DNA of 32,000 nucleotides from Candidatus Saccharimonadota bacterium. GTDB taxonomy: Archaea; Nanohalarchaeota; Nanosalinia; Nanosalinales; Nanosalinaceae. Both the position numbers and the translations under genes were made by a program. The stretch spans positions 360,001 to 392,000 of the forward strand of contig CP012986.1 in assembly GCA_001761425.1 (NCBI GenBank), written 5' to 3'. How positions within the stretch are numbered: position 1 is the stretch's first letter; each line of letters begins with the position of its first letter. The notes beneath the pieces were generated by a model. That model did no database searches and was not told where the DNA came from. It saw nothing but the letters and a program-made list of their open reading frames with translations. Of this stretch, positions 16,861 to 24,185 are shown in pieces.

Positions 16861-17262
16861 ATGGCTAAACATACACAGAGAGATTGGATTATCGGCGCAG
16901 GAGGCCTTGCATTCGTCCTAGTGCTGTCAGTTCTTTCACATCTATTACAGTTCCCAGGGATTATTGAAATCCTGGGAGATATCGTGACAGCGATCTTCGG
17001 CTTTGTAGCGGTTTACTTCATCTACAAAGCTACGGATATGCTAGGCGGAGATGTGGCAAGATATATCTCCATCATGGGTATAGGCCTTGCCTACTACTCC
17101 CTGACACTGGTGCCTCACGTTTACGGGCATCTTTCAGGTATCCACATGATAGGACCTGTCAACACAGCTTCAGTTTACCTCTGGCAGCACATAGCCAGTA
17201 TATGGGTGTTCATCATGATCAGTTACGGACTATACCTGTTCTGGAAAGGTGGTAAACAGTGA
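16861..17262 (+). CDS. Paralog P4 of the 4-TM family
   Basis: Contains IYKATDMLGGDVARYISIMGIGLAYYSLTLVPHVYGH ... WQHIA ... SYGLYLFW. It starts 2 nt after the S2 stop. Confidence 0.8.
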   Translation: MAKHTQRDWIIGAGGLAFVLVLSVLSHLLQFPGIIEILGDIVTAIFGFVAVYFIYKATDMLGGDVARYISIMGIGLAYYSLTLVPHVYGHLSGIHMIGPVNTASVYLWQHIASIWVFIMISYGLYLFWKGGKQ

Positions 17263-17684
17263 GCCTTATAGCCAACCTGGAGAAGAAGGACAAGTACCTC
17301 ATCGGAACAGGAGTAGCTCTAGGCCTGATCGCAGCAGTTATAGGACAGCTAGGAATCCTCGGAATGAAAGCGGAAATGATGCTCACCTATCTGATGGTAG
17401 CACCTATCCTTCCCGGTATCTACTTCCTTTACAAGGCAAGAAGCCTCTGGGGAGGAGATATCGCAAGATACCTGGACTTCATAGGCGCAGGCCTCATCAT
17501 CAACCTGGTTCTATTCCCTGTTCACATGAACTGGCACTTCGCAGCTCAAAGTGCTGAAGCAGCATTCCTTTCATGGGGAATCAGTCCAAGCTTCTGGTAC
17601 ATGTTCTTCCACGGACTGGCAGGATACTCCTTTGCAATGCTTGCATACGGATTCTACCTGTTCTACCAATCAGGCGCCGAATAA
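17259..17684 (+). CDS. Paralog P5 of the 4-TM family
   Basis: Contains LYKARSLWGGDIARYLDFIGAGLIINLVLFPVHMNWH ... FFHGL ... AYGFYLFY. Its GTG start overlaps the P4 stop as GTGA. Confidence 0.8.
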   Translation: MSLIANLEKKDKYLIGTGVALGLIAAVIGQLGILGMKAEMMLTYLMVAPILPGIYFLYKARSLWGGDIARYLDFIGAGLIINLVLFPVHMNWHFAAQSAEAAFLSWGISPSFWYMFFHGLAGYSFAMLAYGFYLFYQSGAE

Positions 17685-17686
17685 AC

Positions 17687-17719
17687 TTTTCCCCTTCTTT
17701 TTTCTTTTCCAACAAAAAA
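17687..17719. terminator. Bidirectional T-rich terminator region between P5 (+) and RNase Z (-)
   Basis: The plus strand reads TTTTCCCCTTCTTTTTTCTTTTCC after the P5 stop. The minus strand reads TTTTTTGTTGG immediately after the RNase Z stop. Confidence 0.4.
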
Positions 17720-18628
17720 TTATTCCTCAGGCCTGTGAGGACTGATCTCCAGACTCTCCCCGTCAACAGCAAGCTCCGAGGCCTCAAAAACTTTCCTGGC
17801 TTCCTCAACAAGTTCATCTTCACGCCCCTGATACCGCCTCGAAATATGAGTTAATACCAGTCTATCAACATCAGCTTCATCGGCGATCTCACCTGCCTGA
17901 AGAGCTGAAGTATGACCTTTCCTGTCTTCAATCATCTCATGCATACACGTAGCCTCGTGAATCAGTAAATCAGCGTCTTCAGCGTTCTCAACAAGGTTAT
18001 CGCACTTCGCAGTATCCCCAGAATAAACAACTTTACGGCCAGGAACTTCTTTAACAACTTCTTCAGGCCTCACAGTTCTACCATCTATCTCTACAGTCTC
18101 ACCGTTCTTCAGGTCGCCGATCTTCGGCGAAGCACCGAGACCTAGTTCTTCCATCCTCTCTTTATCTGCTTTCACCTCTGAATCTTCCTCAAAGACAAAT
18201 CCAAAAGCGTTCACGGAGTGTTCGACCTCGAAAGGCCTTACCTCGTAGCCTTCGCCCACAATAACGTCTCCCTCGACCAGGTCCTCTGTAAAAATATCGT
18301 AGCTCCGGGAGAAGTAACCCGTATCCAGGATTCTCTCCGTAAACTCCCCGGTTCTTGGAGGACCGTAGATGTACAGCGGTTTCTCCCTTCCCTCCATCTC
18401 AAGAGTCTGTATAAGGCCTAGAAGACCTGAAAAATGGTCTGCATGCCAGTGAGTTATGAAGATCCGGTCGATTTTCATCAGGCCCATCTTCTCCTGCATT
18501 ATCTTTCTCTGTGCGCCTTCTCCGCAGTCGAAGAGGATGCGTTCTCCCTTGAAGTTTATCATGTTGGCCGGGAGGCCTCTCTTTCTGCTTGGTACCGCGC
18601 TTGAGGAGCCGATAGTCCATACGTCCAT
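17720..18628 (-). CDS. rnz: Ribonuclease Z (tRNA 3' endonuclease, metallo-beta-lactamase fold)
   Basis: Contains ILFDCGEGAQRKI, the HxHxDH motif ITHWHADHFSGL and C-terminal motifs HEATC and LVLTHISRRY. The length of 302 aa is typical of the short form of RNase Z. Confidence 0.92.
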   Translation of the reverse strand: MDVWTIGSSSAVPSRKRGLPANMINFKGERILFDCGEGAQRKIMQEKMGLMKIDRIFITHWHADHFSGLLGLIQTLEMEGREKPLYIYGPPRTGEFTERILDTGYFSRSYDIFTEDLVEGDVIVGEGYEVRPFEVEHSVNAFGFVFEEDSEVKADKERMEELGLGASPKIGDLKNGETVEIDGRTVRPEEVVKEVPGRKVVYSGDTAKCDNLVENAEDADLLIHEATCMHEMIEDRKGHTSALQAGEIADEADVDRLVLTHISRRYQGREDELVEEARKVFEASELAVDGESLEISPHRPEE

Positions 18629-18712
18629 ATCTGTCTTTTTGCTGTCAAACTGTTTAAAACAAACTTGATATTTACCGAAACAGATATATAGTTTTGATTA
18701 CAAGGTAATAAC

Positions 18713-19243
18713 ATGGGTCTGGAGGATTTTTCCGAGTCAGATATAGAAGATTATGCTCATGAGGCAAGGATCAGAGGCAATCTAGATGATTTTTTTATGC
18801 TGGATCAAAGCCCTGATCTGCATGGTGTTAACAGGAGAGCCGAGGGCATGGAAGCTCCCAAGACTTTTGCCAGGCAGGTTGCCTCAAGAGCCACAGAATT
18901 CGCTGAACAGGAAGATGTATTTATCCTTCTGGGAGAGGAAGACGGAAATCTCAACGTCGTAGCCTACGATGACGGCGAAGTAGGTATGAGAAAGGAATCA
19001 GGCCACTGGGATGTCTACAGAGATATTCTTAGAGCGGACGAATTAAGGCCTGGAATGGAGCCGGAGAAGACTGTTGAGATGCCTGATGTCTTCCAAACTG
19101 ATGTCTACAGTCTGGATCTCGCCCCAACAAGTCAGAGATACGTCAAAACAAGAAATGGAGGAGTCATAGGCCCTTACACAGAAGATTTCCACAACGAATA
19201 CGGAGACTTCGAACAGGAACAGGATCACTGGACAAAAATATAA
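18713..19243 (+). CDS. Acidic hypothetical protein (176 aa)
   Basis: ORF with acidic composition. A TATA-like ATATATA lies about 26 nt upstream of the ATG. The 3' end overlaps the convergent trm11 gene by 19 nt. Confidence 0.55.
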   Translation: MGLEDFSESDIEDYAHEARIRGNLDDFFMLDQSPDLHGVNRRAEGMEAPKTFARQVASRATEFAEQEDVFILLGEEDGNLNVVAYDDGEVGMRKESGHWDVYRDILRADELRPGMEPEKTVEMPDVFQTDVYSLDLAPTSQRYVKTRNGGVIGPYTEDFHNEYGDFEQEQDHWTKI

Positions 19244-20151
19244 CGCGTCAGACTTCCATGCACATAAATCTCAAAATCTGCCTCGAAACCGCCTAACTTC
19301 TCTTCATTATACATAAAAACAGCTTTTCCACCGGTCAGGTCCGGGAAAACTTCCAGGAACTCTTCTAGAGGCCTGCTCTCTTCCTTGGAGGCCTTACCGT
19401 ACGGAAGGTCTGTTATAACTGCATCGAAACTTTTCTCGAAGACTTCAGAGGCCTCTGAAATTTTTTCTTCCCTTATATCATGGGCGATAATCCCGTATTC
19501 CTCCAGGTTCTTCCTCGTACCTCTCACCATCACCTCTTTCACATCGGTTCCGGCCACTGCACAGCCACAGAGACCTGCTTCTATCAAGATGCCTCCTGTA
19601 CCGCAGAAAGGATCCAGAACAGACTCGCCGGCCGAGACCTCCGAAAGATTCACCAGGACCCGGGCGAGAACAGGATCGAGGGAAACAGGAGATGAAAAAG
19701 GCCTGTCCTGGTTCTTCCTCTTGTCGAAAAGCCCTCTGTCGATATCCTGAACCAGACGTCCTACTATCACTTCTTCCTCGAAGATATAGGCCTTGATAAC
19801 TTCTTCAGGCCTTTCAAGATCTACAGAATTATTTTCTGCACCTATTTTTTCCCCTATCTTTTTTTCAACTTCTTCTTTCCTTTCCTTTCCCGTCATGTCT
19901 TTTGCACGGACTGCGTAGCTATTTTCAGGCCTGTAATCTATCTTCAAATCATCCGTATTCGTTCTGTTCAGTACTTCTGTTATCTCATGTGTGAGGGCGA
20001 GGCGTTTCAGCTGTCCTGGCTCGGACTCGGTAAATGCGAGCCTTTCCTTTCTCTCCGTGTTTTTTTCAAGGCCCTGTGATGCCAGGAACCCTTCCAGTTC
20101 TGCTTCAGCAAGCTCCAGGTTCTCTCCCGCGAGCAGATAACTGTATGTCAT
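19225..20151 (-). CDS. trm11: THUMP-domain tRNA (guanine-N2)-methyltransferase, aTrm11/Trm-G10-like
   Basis: N-terminal THUMP-like region, SAM motif I VLDPFCGTGGILIEAG and catalytic motif IV ITDLPYG. Confidence 0.8.
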   Translation of the reverse strand: MTYSYLLAGENLELAEAELEGFLASQGLEKNTERKERLAFTESEPGQLKRLALTHEITEVLNRTNTDDLKIDYRPENSYAVRAKDMTGKERKEEVEKKIGEKIGAENNSVDLERPEEVIKAYIFEEEVIVGRLVQDIDRGLFDKRKNQDRPFSSPVSLDPVLARVLVNLSEVSAGESVLDPFCGTGGILIEAGLCGCAVAGTDVKEVMVRGTRKNLEEYGIIAHDIREEKISEASEVFEKSFDAVITDLPYGKASKEESRPLEEFLEVFPDLTGGKAVFMYNEEKLGGFEADFEIYVHGSLTRYIFVQ

Positions 20152-21173
20152 CTAGTTTTTCTCCCCCGTTTCAGATCCAGCAGAGCCAGGTAACCCAGAA
20201 GAAGGCCTGGCCAGTAAGTTGTCAACCTGAAGAGCACTGATGCTGCTACAGCAGTAGCAGCCGTTATTGTCTCAGGGAAGAAAGCGAGCAGTAGGCCCGA
20301 GAATGCTGCCTCGAACGTGCCTGAACCTCCCGGAGTTGGCGAAAACATTGCGATCGCTGCCAGTACCACGGTAAAGTAAATTCCTACGAAGTGAGGATTC
20401 AATCCAAGGCCTACAAGGATGAAATACAGTGAAAGAAGCTGTACGACCGGAGCGATATGAGTTACTAAAGTTACCTTGAGAAGATGCCGCCTGTCCTCAC
20501 CGGCTTTCTGAAAGGCCTTCCTTGTCTCTGTTATCCTCTCTTTCAAAGGAGGAACGACTTTTTCCGTATATTTTATCTTGTCTCCTACGTAATCAAGTGC
20601 TTCATGGATTTTAGCCTCTACTTTATCGGTTTTGAACCATGCCAGGTATGCTGTAGTTACCAGTAGAATATTCAGCAGTATTACTGCGTAGATACCTGTT
20701 TTGATGGCTTCTGTTATAGTGCTGAACAGTATTATGTAAACTATCCCTGCTGATGCGTATGTTACGAATGGTATGGCGTTTATTATGTCTGCCGACATAA
20801 CTGTGGAAAGGCTTTTCTCATAGGTGGCCTCGGTGTTACTTGAGACCACGTATGCCATGAACGGTTCACCTCCCAGCTGGCCCAGCGGTGTGATCGAGTT
20901 CATGAAGTTACCTGCCATAAACAGCTTCAGCGAGTTCATCCTGCTGGAATTGAAGCCCAGTTGCTGGAAAAAGCTGTGGTAGATATAGCCGAAGACAAGG
21001 AAAAACGACATGCCTGAGATAAACGCCAGGAACATATAGAATGGGTCGATACTCCTTATCGCCTCTACAAAGTCTCCGACATCGGCGAAATAGATCAGAC
21101 CCGCAAATATGACTGTGGTTATCCCGTACCAGAGAAATTTGCTGTCCTTAGCCTTGAAAAGCAATGACTTCAT
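20148..21173 (-). CDS. Flippase-like polytopic membrane protein (LPG_synthase_TM / UPF0104 family)
   Basis: About 8 TM segments and the family-typical loop FMAGNFMNSITPLGQLGGEPFMAYVV. Its stop overlaps the trm11 start as ATGA. Confidence 0.65.
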   Translation of the reverse strand: MKSLLFKAKDSKFLWYGITTVIFAGLIYFADVGDFVEAIRSIDPFYMFLAFISGMSFFLVFGYIYHSFFQQLGFNSSRMNSLKLFMAGNFMNSITPLGQLGGEPFMAYVVSSNTEATYEKSLSTVMSADIINAIPFVTYASAGIVYIILFSTITEAIKTGIYAVILLNILLVTTAYLAWFKTDKVEAKIHEALDYVGDKIKYTEKVVPPLKERITETRKAFQKAGEDRRHLLKVTLVTHIAPVVQLLSLYFILVGLGLNPHFVGIYFTVVLAAIAMFSPTPGGSGTFEAAFSGLLLAFFPETITAATAVAASVLFRLTTYWPGLLLGYLALLDLKRGRKTR

Positions 21174-21346
21174 CTCCTCACCTCGAAATATCTGGAACTA
21201 TGAATAATATAATGTTCCCACATATTTTTCAGATAACGTCCACAGAAACTGGGGAGCGTAAACCTTTTTTCCTCTTAACTGATGCTAAGGCCCCGACTTC
21301 GGGTAGAAGTACCAGATATTTCAAGGTTCACGGTAACTTTTTGGAT

Positions 21347-22303
21347 ATGGCAGAGAAAGTAGGGATAATCTACTGGTGCCAGGGCGCAGGACATGCCGCA
21401 AGGAGCATCCCGATCGCTCAGGAACTGGAATCCAGAGGACACGAAGTAGTTATGGACGGCGGAGGTCCAGGCCAGAGATTTGCAGAGATGAACGGATTCG
21501 GCCACGAAGACTATCACTTTTCGACAATACCTGTAATAAGCAAATCACCTGTATCAATAATCAAAAGAGGCCTCCTGGAGGTAATACCTTCCGCAGTAAA
21601 ACGTTTCAAGACCTCTGTAAGCTTCCTCAGGAACGAAGACCCTGACAAAGTCGTGACGGATGACCACACAGTTATACTCGCAGCAACACTGCTCAACTAC
21701 GATCTCTACACAGTAAACCACCTGAGGCCTCAGTTCTTCTCAGGCGCAGAAAAACTCGCAGCCCAGTTATTTGACAAATTCTCCCTGTTTAGAGGTGAAA
21801 AAATATTTTTCACAACACTCTGGAGCAATGAATCAGGAGCAAAGGACGTAGAACACGTTAATCCTCTCGCACAGGAGGGAGATGGAGAGGTAGAACCTTA
21901 TGACGTACTTCTCATACCCGGATCATTCGGAGAAAGCTTCGGGGAAGTAAGAGAACTGCTGGAGGCCGAAGGCCTTAACGTGAGGACAGTCGGAGACGAC
22001 AGCTGGGAGACAAAGGCCTCGATGACGCCTTACACGGAAGCAGCGGACTGTGTCGTATGCACAGGATTCTCATCGATTGCTGACACGGTTGTCGCTGGTA
22101 CTCCGTGCGTGGTGTTCCCGCATCTACAGATGCAGGAGCTTCTCACGAAGCAGATCGACAGCCGTGATATAAAAGGGGTTTCGACAGCTTACTCTGTAGA
22201 CGAGGCGGTAGAGAAGTCTATAGAGGTTTGTGAAGGAGATAGTGAGAGGCCTGAGTTTGACAATGGAGCTCCTGAGGTTGCAGATGTTCTCCTAGAGAAT
22301 TAG
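21347..22303 (+). CDS. GT-B fold glycosyltransferase, MurG/GT28-like (paralog 1)
   Basis: N-terminus MAEKVGIIYWCQGAGHAARSIPIAQELESRGHEV has the GxGHxxR motif. The C-terminal half reads VCTGFSSIADTVVAGTPCVVFPH. I place the start at ATG 21347 by alignment with the paralogs at 22374 and 25389 and by a TATA-like element about 28 nt upstream. The ORF-track start at 21164 would add 61 unmatched residues. Confidence 0.7.
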   Translation: MAEKVGIIYWCQGAGHAARSIPIAQELESRGHEVVMDGGGPGQRFAEMNGFGHEDYHFSTIPVISKSPVSIIKRGLLEVIPSAVKRFKTSVSFLRNEDPDKVVTDDHTVILAATLLNYDLYTVNHLRPQFFSGAEKLAAQLFDKFSLFRGEKIFFTTLWSNESGAKDVEHVNPLAQEGDGEVEPYDVLLIPGSFGESFGEVRELLEAEGLNVRTVGDDSWETKASMTPYTEAADCVVCTGFSSIADTVVAGTPCVVFPHLQMQELLTKQIDSRDIKGVSTAYSVDEAVEKSIEVCEGDSERPEFDNGAPEVADVLLEN

Positions 22304-22306
22304 GCC

Positions 22307-22340
22307 TTTTTTACAGTGTTTTTCCTGTTTTTCTCCGTTT
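22307..22340 (+). terminator. T-rich terminator after glycosyltransferase paralog 1
   Basis: TTTTTTACAGTGTTTTTCCTGTTTTTCTCCGTTT follows the TAG stop directly. Confidence 0.4.
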
Positions 22341-22373
22341 GGCTTAAAAGGATTTTATGATGTGGTTTGTTGT

Positions 22374-23321
22374 ATGGGTAAGAAGATAGCTCTCGTTTAC
22401 TGGCCTGATACTACGGGTCATGCGGCGAGAAGTATTCCGATAGCCCAGGAGATTGAGGATAGAGGCCACGAGCTTATCATGGCCGGTGGTGGTTTCGGGG
22501 AGAAATTTCTGAATATGAACGGTTTTGAACTTGAGGATATGCCGGAGTTCGAGATTTTCCCTGATTCCGGATCTTTGGTTCTTCATACCTTGACAGATAC
22601 GGTCCCGCAGTGGATCAAGAGGTTCGCAGCCATGTACTCCTGGCTGAAGGAAGAGGAGCCGGATAAAGTCGTTACGGATGATATGCTCTGCCTTCTCGCT
22701 GCTTCCATACAGGGTATAGAATACTACAGGATAGAGAACTGGAAGCCAGAGATGTTCAGCTTCCCATTATCATCGCTCTATAGAATATACGATAGGTTCA
22801 CACTTACGTTCGGAGAGAAAATCATTCTCACATCGCTCTGGCCTGAGGAAGAGGCAGAGAAGGGCTATGAAAGAGTAGGCCCCCTTGCACAGGAGGGAGA
22901 TGGAGAGGTAGAACCTTACGACGTACTTTTTATGCCAGGAACATTCGGAGAGGAGTTCCAGGAGATGAGAGAAAAGCTTGAAGCAGAAGGATACAGCACA
23001 GAGATGGTAGGGGCAGATGACTGGGAGACAGAGGCCTGTATGACACCAAAGACATCCGCAGCAAAATGCACAGTATGTACAGGATTCTCATCGATCGCGG
23101 ACTCTGTAGTCGGAAGCACACACTGCATCATGTATCCACACCTGTTCCTACAGGACGGAATAGCCCGTGGAATAGAACAGAGAGATATCAAAGGCCTTGA
23201 AACAGTCTATTCCTCAGAGGAAGCTCTCGAATCAGTAAGAAACTGTCTGGAGAATTCATGTAACGAACCGAAGTATGAGAACGGGGCAGAGGCCTTCGTG
23301 GACATCGTTGAAGGAGAATAG
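22374..23321 (+). CDS. GT-B fold glycosyltransferase, MurG/GT28-like (paralog 2)
   Basis: Contains MGKKIALVYWPDTTGHAARSIPIAQEIEDRGHEL and VCTGFSSIADSVVGSTHCIMYPH. The ATG at 22374 lies 27 nt downstream of the TATA-like CTTAAAAG. The GTG at 22362 is the alternative start. Confidence 0.7.
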   Translation: MGKKIALVYWPDTTGHAARSIPIAQEIEDRGHELIMAGGGFGEKFLNMNGFELEDMPEFEIFPDSGSLVLHTLTDTVPQWIKRFAAMYSWLKEEEPDKVVTDDMLCLLAASIQGIEYYRIENWKPEMFSFPLSSLYRIYDRFTLTFGEKIILTSLWPEEEAEKGYERVGPLAQEGDGEVEPYDVLFMPGTFGEEFQEMREKLEAEGYSTEMVGADDWETEACMTPKTSAAKCTVCTGFSSIADSVVGSTHCIMYPHLFLQDGIARGIEQRDIKGLETVYSSEEALESVRNCLENSCNEPKYENGAEAFVDIVEGE

Positions 23322-23365
23322 ATTGAAAGGACTATTTTTTAATTCACCAGGTTGGAGATATACTT

Positions 23366-24154
23366 ATGCCAAGTCTAGGAATATGGGATAAAGCAGACAT
23401 CATCGGAGAAAAACTGGCCGACAGTAAAACATTTACCAGAATAGTGGACTTTTTCTCCAGTAACTTCACAGGCATCTTCCTCGAAAAAACAGAGAACGGA
23501 TATATGAAAGAATTAGACGGTGTAGAGGTCGAGATGACACATCAGTTCCACTTCACCGATATAATAATACATAGTCCTATTGAAGGCTACACAAAAGAAT
23601 TAGACCTCGAAAACACGGACAGACTTCTTGATGCAGGAGCATTTCCAGGAGCACTGGCGATAATCGCAGCGAAAAGAGGAGCAGAAGTAATAGCACTGGA
23701 ACCAGACCCTGAAAACGCAGACCAGCTCAGGAAAAACCTGGAACTCAACAACGTACAAGAAAAAGTAGAAGTAGTAGAGGTAGGCCTGTGGAAGGAAAAA
23801 GACCAGAAAAGCTTCGAAAGAGACCAGGCCCTGGGAATGGCCTCCAGGATCAAAGAAGAAGCAGAAATAACGATACAGCTCGATACACTTGACTCAGTAA
23901 CAGAAGAACACGGAAGGCCTGACCTGGTAAAAATGGATATAGAAGGAGCAGAGACAGAAGCTCTCGAAGGCGCAGAAAAAACTTTGGAACAAACAGAACC
24001 GGACTTTGAGATCGCCACATACCACCTCGATGAAGAAGGTAACAAAACATACCATGAAATAGAGGCAAAACTTTCCGAAAAAGGCTACAACGTCAAAACA
24101 GGTTTCTCAAGGCACCTGACAACATATGCATCAAAAAACAGAGAATTCAACTAA
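23366..24154 (+). CDS. FkbM-family SAM-dependent methyltransferase
   Basis: Contains LDAGAFPGALAIIAAKRGAEVIALEPDPENADQLRKNLELNN and the FkbM signature LVKMDIEGAETEAL. Confidence 0.85.
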   Translation: MPSLGIWDKADIIGEKLADSKTFTRIVDFFSSNFTGIFLEKTENGYMKELDGVEVEMTHQFHFTDIIIHSPIEGYTKELDLENTDRLLDAGAFPGALAIIAAKRGAEVIALEPDPENADQLRKNLELNNVQEKVEVVEVGLWKEKDQKSFERDQALGMASRIKEEAEITIQLDTLDSVTEEHGRPDLVKMDIEGAETEALEGAEKTLEQTEPDFEIATYHLDEEGNKTYHEIEAKLSEKGYNVKTGFSRHLTTYASKNREFN

Positions 24155-24185
24155 AAAATAAGACGAAGAAGCGAAAAGGCCTTCT

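Noticed and set aside
17249-17854. ORFs 17249..17557 (+), 17551..17745 (+), 17573..17854 (+) and 17581..17823 (-)
   Set aside because: They are alternative frames of P5, the terminator region or the RNase Z 3' end. They are R/S/P-rich and unsupported by homology.
21164-21346. N-terminal 61-residue extension of glycosyltransferase paralog 1, as given by the ORF track
   Set aside because: The extension has no counterpart in the two paralogs, whose N-termini align from MAEKVGIIYW. It would overlap the start of the divergent flippase-like gene and swallow the promoter region.
23587-24068. Minus-strand ORFs opposite the FkbM methyltransferase; also + ORFs opposite the RGP-like gene (24658..24876, 25059..25352) and opposite the HD gene (28594..29368)
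   Set aside because: They are antisense to genes with strong family motifs and are serine-rich shadow frames.
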